64,000 nucleotides of DNA from Eledone cirrhosa (lineage: Eukaryota), in NCBI GenBank assembly GCA_964016885.1, contig OZ024743.1, positions 159,154,001 through 159,218,000 of the forward strand. Reading direction: 5' to 3'. Numbering within the stretch: the first letter of the stretch is position 1; each line of letters opens with the position of its first letter. Made by a program: the position numbers and the translations under genes. This document shows, piece after piece, positions 21,525 through 34,479 of the stretch. A model generated the notes under the pieces. The model was not told the DNA's origin and made no database searches. It saw only the letters and a list, made by a program, of their open reading frames with translations.

Positions 21525-23240
21525 GTTCCCTCCCATTTTACCTTCCATGCTTCAAACCCCGCTGCCACACATACCCCCACATTACCAACACCACCATCTT
21601 CCAGGGTCCCAACGGCCATTCCCTCCATCCGGCATGCCAGTCGCTGCAGCTCCTCTAGCCTTGTCTACAGACTCCGCTGCGTGACCTATGTCAGACAGAC
21701 CGGACGTCGCCTGGCCGATCGGTTGACCGAACACCTCTGAGACATTTATCCCGACGGGAGTTTATCCATCGCCCGCCACTTTTGCTCTGCCGGACAATCC
21801 TCTCGCAACCTGACCGTCTGAGGACTGATTGAGTGCCCTGGAACACCGGACGCCCGACTTAGGGCTGAACAACGCACCATCTTCCTATTACAGACCAGCC
21901 CCCCCCCAGTTTGAACTCCTCACCCTTCTTCCTTTAGCCTTCGACTGGTCTCCTCCCTCCCCTTCCCCTATTCATCTCGTTCACCCTCCATACTAACACC
22001 ACTAAAAACACTCCGAACATTAATAGTCCCCTGACCTTCCAGCCAACCCCACCTCACCTCTAATAATACTAACATCCCCACTCTCCTTCCCCCTTACCAC
22101 ACACACCACCATATATACACTCACTCACACATATGTACACACCCATACTACCACCACTAACCCCCACCAACACACACATATTCACCCACCCTACCACACT
22201 CACGCACTCACATCCAAAACACGCACACACACCAGTATATATGCACTCACTCATACACATGTACACAGCACCTTCCCCCCCAATACTACCAACAGCACCT
22301 CCACTCACATCCTACTAACACCTCCACTAATATACACCCCCACACACCCACCACCCTCTCCTTCAACTTTTCACACTGATCTCACCTCCTCTCAAGTCCA
22401 CCACACCTCCGCACGCACATACACACAACTCTACACACATACTTACACACATGCCACTCTCTCCCACACACACTTGCCCACTTCCTGTTGCGCGCACCCC
22501 ATAACATTCCACTTCCTCCTCACCATCCCTACATATCCTACCACAGGGCTTACACCCTCGGATACCAATGCGATTTCAACTCCGAACCGTGCCATCACTT
22601 ACACATACACATCGACAACCATTCACAAACTTAGACACACACAAACACACACAAACACACCATTTTCGCACACACTCAACCATCCATTTCACATGAACCC
22701 ACATCACCCTCTCTTCACCATAAAAACACACACACACGTGCATATCCTCACATACACCTACACTACCTCCGGATTCCGCACGATTTCAGCCAACCAATCC
22801 GACCGCTTTCTATCTCTCTCTACACACACACACACAGACTTACACTCACTCCAACATACACAATGGATTTCCAAAACTCACAAGCGCATACCCCGCTCTC
22901 CCCAGACTCTCACACATGAACCCACGCATACACACACACGTACATCTACACACATACACACACCTCACCTTCCACCATCCCCGCCCGGACTCCTTCTTTC
23001 GTTCTCCCTCTCTCTCCGCCTCCACCCACCCCTCCACCCACCCCTCACGCACCACCCCTACACCTCTCTCATCTTTTTACAACTTTTATTTGAACTTTTA
23101 TTTTCCACTTCATGTTTTATCTTTATCTTTTTTCTGCTAAGTCCCCTCTCACCCCTTCTCGGAGTTCCCACCCCAGTCTCCTGATGAAGGGCTTATGCCC
23201 GAAACGTCGCACCCACACTCCCACTGTCACTAAGCGTTAA
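21525..23240 (+). mobile_element. 3' fragment of a Penelope-like element: GIY-YIG remnant, CA-rich 3' region and pLTR with hammerhead core
   Basis: CSSSSLVYRLRC..YVRQTGRRLADRLTEH; CTGATGA-a-gggc-ttat-gccc-GAAA-cGTC at 23181-23208. Confidence 0.8.
23181..23208 (+). ncRNA. Minimal hammerhead ribozyme core (stem I degenerate)
   Basis: CUGAUGA, 4-bp stem II, GAAA, palindromic ACGU stem III, GUC triplet. Confidence 0.7.
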
Positions 23241-23298
23241 CCTAATACCATTTGTAACTTGTACTCCTGTGTTGTCGTTTGTTATTTTTTGTATTCCG

Positions 23299-23386
<88 letters not shown>

Positions 23387-23431
23387 AGAAGAAATTTACG
23401 AAATGGAAATGCGGGTATATAGAATTTATTA

Positions 23432-23546
23432 GGTAACAATTGTTTCTATAGTGTATGAGTTACCTATACCTCGCTATTTGAATAATACACAAATATTATC
23501 AAAAACCGAAAGTACACTGTAAGCCAACACACCATGTCATCAGACC
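23432..23546 (-). ncRNA. Hammerhead ribozyme with an expanded stem II, in a Penelope pLTR
   Basis: ggt-CUGAUGA-c-auggugugu…auacacuau-a-GAAA-CAAUUG-UU-acc; 9-bp stem II with G-U pairs encloses about 70 nt. Confidence 0.65.
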
Positions 23547-23957
23547 GTTGTATTAGAATGATATGAAAATATTTTATACACTAGATAAAAGATAAAGAAG
23601 GAGGTAGGAAGAGAAGGGGAAGAGGGAAGTGAGTAAGGTGGAGGGAGTCTTAGGGTTTAAGACTGTCAGACTAGTAGAGATTGTGAAGAGAGAATGTTTT
23701 GGCAGCAGTTAGCTTAATGAGGCGTGCTAAGGTTGGCTGGGAAGTAGATACTTCTAGTGGTGTTGTTCGGACAAAATTTAGTTAGAGGGGTCAAAGTGGT
23801 ACAATGTCACAGACAAGTTATTAGGGCTATTATAGTAGCAGGTTATTTCTAAAGGGGTCCAGAAAAACAGTGTTTAGTACTATTATTATAGAAAGCCATA
23901 TCTAGTGTATAAACATATAAGACAGAAATTTGCAAACGTTGGTGTAAAAAGGTAACA

Positions 23958-24674
23958 TTATATGCATTTAAAAAAAGAAAAAGTCGTTTTCAAACGATGG
24001 TTACAGTATAGAGAACGTTCAATTTTGCTGTTCAAAAGTTTGTTTACCGACGTTAAAATGCAGTATATCTCTAAATTGCATAACTTGCAGAATCGATGAT
24101 TTTGCTGATATGCAGGCGCAGCTGCAATAATTTGCCAATCAAGGGAGAACGCTTGATTGTTCCTCCGAAGCTGCCAGGCTTTATCGGCGAGGGTTGTTAC
24201 GGAGCGCATTTTCTCGTGCCTGATCGAAGATCGATGTTGGTATAGGCGAGCCTTGAAAGAAGTTGCGGTACATCCGACGTAATACCATTTGTTGGTCCCG
24301 GAATTTATTGTACACCGGTAGACAATATTGCGTGCTAGGCACTGGTTATTCAGTGGGCACGTACCTGGTTTGGTGCAGTTACAACTATTTTTATGTTTTG
24401 CAGTAGAATCCTGGATAGTTTGGTGGGGTTGCGGTTGCGTGTTAGTGCTTAGTATGTTGCTATGCTGGTGCGCTGAGTCATTAGGGATGTACTTATTCAG
24501 TATTGCTGAGTTGGGTTTTCTAATTAGTTGTTCTATGTTAGGTGCAGTGGAGTATGAGAGTCTAATGGTGCGCGAGTTAAAGATTTTAAAGTATTTATGT
24601 GAAGTTGTAAAGTGTTTATTGATTAGTGTATAGAATTGTGAGATAATCTTAGTGCTAATAGAAGAATTGTACAC
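23958..24674 (-). CDS. Penelope linker and GIY-YIG endonuclease
   Basis: 238-aa ORF with a Cys-rich linker, IVY…YVG motif and C-terminal CKLC..E. Confidence 0.85.
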   Translation of the reverse strand: MYNSSISTKIISQFYTLINKHFTTSHKYFKIFNSRTIRLSYSTAPNIEQLIRKPNSAILNKYIPNDSAHQHSNILSTNTQPQPHQTIQDSTAKHKNSCNCTKPGTCPLNNQCLARNIVYRCTINSGTNKWYYVGCTATSFKARLYQHRSSIRHEKMRSVTTLADKAWQLRRNNQAFSLDWQIIAAAPAYQQNHRFCKLCNLEIYCILTSVNKLLNSKIERSLYCNHRLKTTFSFFKCI

Positions 24675-24786
24675 GGGGTTATACCATATGTACTCTCTAC
24701 GTCTGACTCTATTTGCTGGTTTGCACCTGTTAGTATGCCTATTGATGTGTGTGTGTGGTGCAATACTAGTTCGACTTAGATGTGTT

Positions 24787-26034
24787 TTAGTACTTATGTG
24801 TCATAGTACTTATGTGGTTATCGTCTAGATATTCAATTTTCTCGCAGTAACCAGCTTTTCTAAGTGCGTCATTATAATATTCAGCATGCTCGTTGAAGGT
24901 CTGCAAATTAGACGACAGTCGGGAGATCCTTATGGATATATTTTTAGGGATAGATTTAATAATGGAATGAGGATGGTTCGATTTTACATTAACGTACTTA
25001 AGATTTTCATTAAGTTTGTGAAATGGCTCTATATTACCGTTATTAAGGTTGAAGGTAACATCCAAGAAGTTGACCACCTTAAGATTGTGTTCAAAGGTAA
25101 TATTAAGCCCTAGTTCTAAGAAAAGTTTCCTAATGTTTTTACGTCGCCTTTCTAGGTTTTGTTTGTTCATATTCTTGACTAATAGAAGTGTATCGTCGCG
25201 GTATATTCCGCCGTGGAGGTCCGTAAATTCGCTCTGGAGTCTATGGGCTATATAGATCCCAACCAAATCCGTGACCTCCGCCGAATCATTAGAACCCATC
25301 GTAATGTCGAATTCCGAGGGTCTATCCCTGCGGACCCAATAACTATTTTCAAAGTGCACTACTGTGCGTCTAGCTTCAAGTATAATATTAATTTCCTCGT
25401 TTGTGAGGTCCGAGTTAGTCTTAGCGAAAGAGAGGGCCTTATGCAGGGTTTCGGGTGAAATAGAGGAATAGTATTCATCTATATCGAATTGAATAAAAGA
25501 AGATTTGTTTTTGTCCCTAATGTTATTGAACCATCTTATTGCCTGATGAGTATTACCCCATAATTTAATATCTACCTTAGCCTTAACTTGGGGGATAATA
25601 CGATCTAATATGTACTTACTAATCCTACCTATATCGGACTTTGAAGGACATATTAATCTAATTTTAGGGTTAGTATCGAAGTTATCCTTATGGTCCTTCA
25701 GATTAAAAGTCGGTCTAGCTGGGGATAGGGGTACCGTTCTGTCGTCAATTTTCAGTTTCCTAACAATATCACATGCTGCGTTATTAATGTTGGTTAGTGT
25801 AGTTGCGTTTGTTTTTTTGTATTTCCTATGTAATTCCTTACGTATAAAATTGTTATATGTTTCTACATCCAGGGTGTATAGATTCGAAGTTTTGTCTGCC
25901 TTTATGATAATTCCTTTGGTATTCCTTAGGTTGTTGAGTAGAGTTTTAATATCTCGTTGCAGTTCGTTTTTCCTTCTGTTTGTAAATTTGATTCCGGTTA
26001 TCATTTTCATTAAGTCCTGTTCGAAAGAATCCAA
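24787..26034 (-). CDS. Penelope-type reverse transcriptase (partial)
   Basis: 415-aa ORF with PLE RT motifs; disrupted upstream and in the linker. Confidence 0.85.
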   Translation of the reverse strand: MDSFEQDLMKMITGIKFTNRRKNELQRDIKTLLNNLRNTKGIIIKADKTSNLYTLDVETYNNFIRKELHRKYKKTNATTLTNINNAACDIVRKLKIDDRTVPLSPARPTFNLKDHKDNFDTNPKIRLICPSKSDIGRISKYILDRIIPQVKAKVDIKLWGNTHQAIRWFNNIRDKNKSSFIQFDIDEYYSSISPETLHKALSFAKTNSDLTNEEINIILEARRTVVHFENSYWVRRDRPSEFDITMGSNDSAEVTDLVGIYIAHRLQSEFTDLHGGIYRDDTLLLVKNMNKQNLERRRKNIRKLFLELGLNITFEHNLKVVNFLDVTFNLNNGNIEPFHKLNENLKYVNVKSNHPHSIIKSIPKNISIRISRLSSNLQTFNEHAEYYNDALRKAGYCEKIEYLDDNHISTMTHKY

Positions 26035-26246
26035 AAGAGGGTTAGAGGGTGGGTTTTTGTAGGATTTGAAACCAAACTTCTCGTTGTTGGTGTCCGAAGT
26101 TTGTGTAATCCTTTTCCGATCGAAGTGGAAGGCCTTCCATCTAATCCGCCGAATAAATTCGTTGGTTTTGTATCATACCAAGAATGTAATCCTTTTTACC
26201 CTGAATGGGTATGTTTTTTAAGGACATACCATACTATATATATATA

Positions 26247-28104
26247 GTTATACTTGGGGAGGGTCATATTTGTGTAATATTGCCAGAATTAATAACAGAA
26301 CACACTCACTGTTTGGTTGGTTTTCGCTTCTCGCTGTCTTTTATATCTGCGATCTAACTTAATCGGTCCTCAATGTTGCCATTGACTGACCGACGGTCAA
26401 AAATAATACAGATACAATATAGACACAAACACATATATATAGTTTACATAATTTACATAAATCTTTCGTTGCACATCTGCAACAAGTTTGATTTAGAACG
26501 TAGCACGATGGAAAGCATCCAGCAGATAGCTAATTCCATACACCAGAGTATAACTGTAACTATCGACTTCCCTTCCAAAAACCCTAACAATAGACTACCT
26601 GTATTAGACACAGAACTCTGGATTAACACTATAGACGAGAGAGCCCAAATTCTCCACTCACACTATGCTAAACCCATGGCCTCCAAATACCTGATACTCA
26701 AAAACTCAGCAATGTCCAGTAGTGCTAAGTTTAATATTCTGATCGCAGATTTGGTACGAGTGATGAAGAATGTGTCCAGCATGTGCGACCCAACAGAAAT
26801 GGAAAGATACATCCAACACTTCATCAACCGCATGCAGTTCTCTGGCTACAACCAAAGAGACAGAGTCAGAGTATACGAAGGAGCCATGGAAAAGTATAAG
26901 ACCCTCATAGAACTGGACATGAAAGGAATTTGCCCATTATAAAGGAGCAAATCATGGAATAGCTTAGATAGGGCTAGACATAAGATAGGGAAGGCCACAT
27001 CATGGTACGACAACCAGAGATATCAGAGTGTCATGTTTGTGGACGCCACCCCTGGAGGGAAATTAGCTAACCAGTGTAGAAAGGCACTGAGAAAGACCCA
27101 CTTAAAAATAAAGGTGGTAGAAAAGCCAGGAACCACCATAAAATCCCTGATCAGCAAAACCTACCCTTTTAAGAAAACCCACTGTACCAATAGGAAATGT
27201 ATCATATGTAAGGTGAACCCCCGGATAAACTGTAAAACTAGAAACGTAGTCTATAGCATAAGATGTACAGAGGGTACTTGCAGAAACATGACAACAACAT
27301 ACATAGGCGAAACAGCTCGTAGCATAGGTGAAAGGATAGACCAACACTGGGGGAAACTAAAGGGACGAAAAAACGGGTCAGTACTATACGAACATGCTAG
27401 ACAACAACATGACGGTAACATAGACAACATAGAAATTAGAATAATATCTAAACATAGGAATGACCCAGCAGATAGGCAAATCAGAGAGGCCAGTGAAATA
27501 GAAATTAGAAGACCAAAGCTAAACAGAAAGAATGGGTGGAACAACAAAAACACCCAAACAAACAACACTGACCTAAGAGAAGTATAAATAAGTAAATAAA
27601 ATAAAATAAAATAAGATAAATAAATACATACACAAGCACAATAACAACAAGCACATAAACACACACTAGTCACCCAGCAGACACAGCACTATACACACTA
27701 GTCACACAGCAAACATAACACTATACACACACGCAAACGCATGCGCAAAGAAGACAAAATAAAATAAACAAACAAGCAAATAAATAAATAAATATTTAAA
27801 CAGACTGAATAAAAAATGGCGTAGACATACAACACAACAGGAGGAAAAAATATAACACCACTGACGATGTTGCAGATGTGCAACGAACGATTTATGTAAA
27901 TTATGTAAACTATATATATGTGTTTGTGTCTATATTGTATCTGTATTATTTTTGACCATCGGTCAGTCAATGGCAACATTGAGGGCCGATTAAGTTAGAT
28001 CGCAGATATAAAAGACAGCGAGAAGCGAAAACCAACCAAACAGTGAGTGTGTTTTGTTATTAATTCTGGCAATATTACACAAATATGACCCCCCCAAGTA
28101 TAAC
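26247..28104 (+). mobile_element. 5'-truncated Penelope-like element with an inverted 5' pLTR copy (26247-26484 vs 27868-28104)
   Basis: RT thumb (LPVLD, HYAKPMASK) and GIY-YIG (VVYSIRC..C, YIGETAR, H-x4-H); about 238-bp inverted repeat; hammerhead core CTGACGA…GAA at 27861. Confidence 0.9.
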
Positions 28105-28187
28105 AATATTTGTTTCGACACACGATTTCATATAAAAACCTCGCTAAACTAATTCATCGCCGCTATATATATATATATATATATAGT

Positions 28188-28395
28188 TATATTTATTAAA
28201 ATAACAGATTAAAGTTTAAGCAAAGAATCGCTGCTTTCACCCTTAACGGGATCTTCTGAAACTAACAAAGTCAATCTGTAAACGCAGAACTGGATATTTC
28301 AAAAAACGTTGCAACCGGAGGAAGACAGGAAGACGATACTTTGGTTCGTGGTAACGTTCGCTGGCAAAGAACGGGAAAAAACGAATAATACGTCG
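28188..28395 (-). repeat. About 200-bp repeat (probable Penelope pLTR), also at about 34480-34686 and, inverted, at about 42238-42355
   Basis: Shared aaaataacagattaaa.tttaagcaaagaatcgctgctttc…ttcaaaaaacgtt. Confidence 0.85.
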
Positions 28396-28503
28396 AGCCC
28401 TCTTTGGATTTTTGTCTTCAATTTTATTATTATTACTATATATAGTAATGCACTGGGTAATTGCTGGCCTTGTGCCTAAAGTAGAAACAATTACTATATA
28501 TAG

Positions 28504-28552
<49 letters not shown>

Positions 28553-28558
<6 letters not shown>

Positions 28559-29036
28559 ACCACCATCTGTGAAATATACAGCGCCATCTACCTGTTAGCT
28601 AGCTACCTCAACGTGAAACAAAAGAACCCTTAAAACCTACCAGAATAAACGCATACACAGCGGCTAAACATCAAATAATTATTTCTGTATAAATAGAGTG
28701 GTTCCAAACAGGAGTCGACTTTTGGCAGAGTCAGCTAGCGCATCGTTGTTCCTTTACTCTGCCACGCTTTGTCACTCAAACACGCCTTGTACCTCGTATC
28801 GCCGTTTCATGTGAAAATAAATAGGTGATCGAATTTACATCTCGCCTTACTTCGTCCTTTCAACTTGTGCTTTCGTCTGTCCATCCTCAACAGTTCTTTT
28901 AAGGGCTATATGCGACAACATCCTTTTAAGGGCTATCTTCAGATCTGATCAGACCGTATGCGATAACAGTCCTTCTAAGGGCTATTCTCGGATCTAATCG
29001 GAAGTAGTGACCAGACTGACTAACGACGTCGCTACA
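28553..29036 (+). repeat. 5' LTR
   Basis: Direct repeat of 33886-34384; contains TATAAATA and three ttaagggcta subrepeats. Confidence 0.93.
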
Positions 29037-29038
29037 AT

Positions 29039-29055
29039 TGGTGACACGAACGTGA
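29039..29055 (+). promoter_or_regulatory. Primer binding site, probably tRNA-Trp
   Basis: TGGTGACACGAACGTGA starts 2 nt after the LTR and resembles the tRNA-Trp complement TGGTGACCCCGACGTGA. Confidence 0.75.
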
Positions 29056-29095
29056 GTCGAACGCGCAACCAGACAGCACCTAAGAAGATATCAAC

Positions 29096-29965
29096 ATGGA
29101 CATGTCACAAACGACAGAGGCCGAGATACCAACCACACAAGCGGCGTTAACATTGAAAGTCCCCGTTTTTTGGTCCAACGACCCTACTCTGTGGTTCGCT
29201 CACATAGAAGCGCAATTCGCCGCGAACACAATTAAGAGCGATTCCGCAAAGCTCACCTACATCATTGGGTCTGTCCCGCCAGAGGTCTTGGCTGAGGTGA
29301 GGGACCTCGTCATGGCACCGCCGGGCACGGTGTCATATGAATCATTCCGCAAGGAATTGGTCAAGCGGACGACCGCGTCACAGCAGAGACGACTCAACCA
29401 ACTCGTGTCTGCAGAAGAATTGTGGGACAGAAAACCGTCCCAACTATTGCGAAAGATGAGACAGCTGATGGAGGACCAGCCGCTTTCAAAAGATCTGCTG
29501 AAACGGCTGTTTATATAGCGCTTGCCCTTATCGATGCAGGGCATTCTGGCGTCGAATAACGAGCCACGAACCCCGGAGGAACTGGCGAGTGTCGCAGATA
29601 AGATCGCTGAGGTATCAAACCCTTTTGCCTCAGTAGCACAGGTAGATCGTCGGACGAACCCTTACGTAGCGTCCTCGGACTCCACCTCCGAGATTTCAGA
29701 GCTGCGGGCTATGATCAGAGAGCAGGCTGGTCAAATTAAAGCCCTCTCAAACCAATTAGAGAGCCTGACCTTGAAAACACACCAGCGGCACAGCAACAGT
29801 CGGTCCAGGCCCTTTCACCGTCAAAGATCGAGAAGTCCCAGTCAAAATAGTGTGTCTGGCAACCTCTGCTGGTATCACGAAGAGTTCAGCGCACGAGCAT
29901 CTAAGTGTAGGGCCCCGTGCTCTTTCCAGTATACCACCCAGGGAAACGGGCAGACCAGGGCCTAG
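29096..29965 (+). pseudogene. Gypsy gag with one in-frame stop at 29516
   Basis: KVPVFWSNDPTLWFAHIEAQF; DRKPSQLLR; CWYH..F…CRAPC. Confidence 0.88.
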
Positions 29966-29985
29966 CGACGACGTTCACCCCTGGT
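29941..29985 (+). promoter_or_regulatory. -1 programmed ribosomal frameshift signal
   Basis: G GGA AAC is in the gag frame and is followed by an accaggg/ccctggt stem; the -1 frame reads KRADQGLATTFTPGTEKKSRLFF toward the protease. Confidence 0.75.
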
Positions 29986-30046
29986 ACTGAAAAGAAAAGT
30001 CGTCTATTTTTTTTATTAACGACCAGGCGACAGCATCCGTTACCTC

Positions 30047-32850
30047 GTGGATACAGGAGCCCAGGTTAGTGTTATTCCTGTTTCACTAATCTCGGGAAAA
30101 AGACACCCAACACCGTCCTTTCTGCAGCCAGTGAACCGATCATCAATTCCCACTTTCGGGGAAAAATCCCTGACCCTCAATTTAGGCCTGAGGCCGCGTT
30201 TTCAATGGGTGTTCGTCGTGGCAGACCTGCCGACCCCTATCCTAGGAGTCGATTTTCTTCCCCACTTCAACCTTCTGGTGGATATGAAGAACCGGAGGCT
30301 TATCGACACCACCACAAACCTCACTGTGAGAGGTATATTTACCACGCAATCCACAGTGAGCTTTGTAATTTGCCAGTCAGAGCCTTCCCGGTACAACGGC
30401 ATTCTCCAGAAATACCCAGACATCACTCTCCCGGTATTTAAGGATGGTCCCATTAAGCATAGTGTCACGCACCACATCGAGACAAAGGGACCACCCACAG
30501 CTGCCCGACCAAGGAGACTGCCTCCAGACCGATTGAGAATCGCCAAGCAGGAGTTCCAACACATGCTGGACCGCGGAATCATTCGCCCTTCCTCCAGCAA
30601 CTGGTCTGCACCCCTACACCTTGTTCCAAAAAAAAAAAACGAGAATGATTGGCGGCCATGTACCTCACCTGCACGACTTTTCTGCCTCTCTGCAAGGCGC
30701 ACGCATCTTTTCCAAGGTAGATTTGGTGCATGCATATAACCAGATACCTATGGAGCCTGCAGTCATTCCGAAGAACGCAATCACAACACCGTTCGGTTTA
30801 TTCGAATTCCTGCGAATGCCGTTCGGTCTGCGCAACGCTGCACACACTTTTCAGCGGTTTATTGACACCGTCTTACGCGATCTAGCCTTCGTATACGCGT
30901 ATATTGACGACGTGCTGGTAGCAAATACTTCCGATCAAGAGCACGAGAAGCACTTAGATCTCCTTTTCCAACGTTTGGCTGAGTACGGTATCATCATCAA
31001 CCCAGCAAGTGCCTTCTCGGCATTCCTTCACTGTCCTTCCTCGGGCACATCATCGATAAAGACGGCATTCGTCCACTTCCCGAGAAAGTAGAAGCTATCC
31101 GCAGTTTTCCCGCACCTACATCACTTCGGAAACTGCGGTTCATCCCTCATTGTTCCGAAGCAGCCAGAATCCTCACGTACCTTCTTCGTAACCGGACTCG
31201 CAAAAACGAAGAGATCACTCTAAACGAGGAAGAATTAACATCTTTTAACCGCCCGAAGGAAATGTTGGCAAACGCTTCCATGCTCGTTTTCCCCGGGTCT
31301 GGCGCTCCTCTTTTGCTGCTAGTGGACGCATCAGACACGGGGGTTGGAGGCGTTCTACAACAACATGTCGACGGAGTGTGTCAACCCTTATCCTTCGTTT
31401 CTAAGCGGTTGCAACCGGCAGAAACGAAATACAGTACCTTTGGCCGCGAACTCTTGGCAACCTATCTTTCGGTTAAGCATTTTCGGCACATGCTCGAAGG
31501 ATCAGATTTCGTGATCTACACGGACCATAAACCATTAGTTTATGCGTTCCGTACTAAACCTGATCGACATTCACCAAGAGAACTCCGACACCTGGATTTT
31601 GTCTCCCAATATTCAACTGATATTCGGCATATCAAGGGACCAGACAGCGTAGCAGCCGACGCCCTGTCCCGAATCCAGCTGAACGCAATACATGTGCATT
31701 CAGGCATCTACCTTCAACAGATCGCAGCTGACCAAGAGACTAACGAAGAGTTTATCAAGCTCCGAGATTCGCCATCCCTCAAGTTTCAGCAAGTTCCCAT
31801 TCATTCTTCTCCGGGACAAATTTGGTGCGACTTTTCTACCGGTCATGAACGACCGTACGTACCACAGATGCATCGTCGACAAATTTTTTCTGCTTTACAC
31901 TGGGAACCCGGGCTACACAGAAACTCATCTCTGCTCGTTTTGTTTGAATTAACATTAACAAGGACGTGCGCGATTGGTCCAGGAGCTGCATTGCCTGCCA
32001 GAAAGCCAAAGTCCACAGGCACATCAAAACTCCACTCGGCACATTCGCGCAACCTGATGCACGTTTTCATCATGTGCATATCGACATCGTCGGACCTCTA
32101 CCACCATCACAGAACTACACACACTTGCTCACCTGCATAGATCGATTTTCTCGTTGGCTTGAGGCTTTTCCCATAAATGATACCTCAGCGGAAACAGTCG
32201 CTAAAACTTTGGTTTTACACTGGGTATCACGTTATGGCGCCCCAGCGAAGATTACAATGGATAGAGGACGCCAATTTGACTCCCACCTCTTCAGGGAACT
32301 GACTTGCCTGTTAGGATGTAAACACATCCGCACGTCAGCTTATCACCAGCAAGCTAATGGTCTCGTGGAAAGATTCCATCGCCAATTGAAAGCTTCAATA
32401 AAAGCATATCCAGAGAAGACACACTGGTTTGAATACCTGCCACTCATCCTTCTGGGCATTCGATCCACCGTTAAGGAGAAATTCGGACACACACCTGCAG
32501 AATTAGTGTACGGCACCACCCTGGTTCTACCTGGTCAGATGGTTGCTCCCATCTCTCCTCAGGATGTTCCAGACCCAGGATCATACGTACACCGTCTTCG
32601 ACAATATATGTCTCACCTTGCTCCTGCAAGCACCCGCCAGCAGAACACGGACACACACGTACGTTCAGACATTAAAGATTGGACACACGTTTTCGTTCGA
32701 AACGACACCATCTCTGCTCATCTTCGACCTCCATATTCTGGCCCTTATCGTGTTCTAAAAAAATATCCGAAATATTTTATTCTCGATCTAGATGGTAAAC
32801 AGAATTCTGTCAGCGTGGACCGATTAAAAAAAGCCACCATGGATACTGTT
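30047..32850 (+). pseudogene. Gypsy pol (PR-RT-RH-IN), frameshifted
   Basis: ORFs 30047..30739, 30621..31091, 31262..32140 and 31966..33105. Confidence 0.92.
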
Positions 32851-33885
32851 ACAGTCTCTACACCAGAAACCTGTTTCATCTCCAGTCACGAGAAGTGGAA
32901 GACGCGTCTATTGGCCCACCAAGTTGGCACAATATGTGAATTACCGTTAACCCCAAGTGAGTTTCTTAATCATTCTTCGTGCAAAACATTTCCATTTTTC
33001 TTGTGTTTACTATTTCCAGTTTCAAATACAATGAACTTTCTGCTTGAACAATTGCAATTTTTAGTGACCATGTGCTCATGTCACGAAGAACATTATTTAT
33101 TATGAACATTATTTATTACAAACACTATTTAAGAACAAACATTGTGTATATCATTGTGTATAACATTTTTTTTTCTTCTCTCTCTTGTTTTGCAAACATT
33201 TTTATTTCTCTTGATCTGTAACATTGATTGTGTAATTGACATCATTTTTATATACATACAAGGCGTGTACATATTCTGTTTTTCATGCACACGACAAAAC
33301 CACGTTTGTTGCACGTTTTAGTTCATACACTGAGAAATAGATATTTATATCCCTCTAACTCTTATACTACAAAATGTTTTCTCTTTGATCACGCATTTCA
33401 CAAATCGCAGCCTCAAAACACTGGCCTTCTTTTTTTCACGTACACATTCACTCAATAGCTCGAGATTGCCTCGCTATTTCTTTTACCACATGCATTCGCT
33501 CAAGTCATATGCTGTGGAGCAAACTGTTACTTTTAGGCAGCATGCTTACAGCCATTCAGTTCACACATTACGATTATCTTCACTGCCCAGTTAGACTTTT
33601 TGTCACACAATTCACAGGCAGCTCAACCCAAATTGCAACAGGCTCATTCATCACGCCTGCATAAATCTGGTCAAAGTCATTTTATAGTTTATTTCTTTTT
33701 TCTCTTTCTGACACACACATCTTGCCATATCATCTCTACATCGACTCTGTCCTGTACTCGATGATCACAAAATTTCCCAACGTGCTGGACACTCCTGGTG
33801 CTATTGTCATGACAAATGCACCACTGGCCCATTACTATACGATATTTCGCTCTTTTGTTGTACAAACGATCTGGCAGGGTGCTAA

Positions 33886-34479
<594 letters not shown>

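Larger units (their letters stand above)
23385..26232 (-). mobile_element. Penelope-like element (RT plus GIY-YIG)
   Basis: RT ORF 24787..26034 (KADK, QFDI..YYSSI, MGS, YRDD, FLDV); EN ORF 23958..24674 (CNC..CPL..C, NIVY, YVG.T..FK.R..QH). Confidence 0.92.

Noticed and set aside
22474-23184. 236-aa His/Thr-rich ORF
   Set aside because: Translation of CA-rich low-complexity Penelope 3' sequence.
26940-26942. In-frame stop in the Naiad-like PLE as possible selenocysteine recoding
   Set aside because: The codon is TAA, not TGA, and the linker cysteines are ordinary Cys codons; most likely a simple nonsense mutation.
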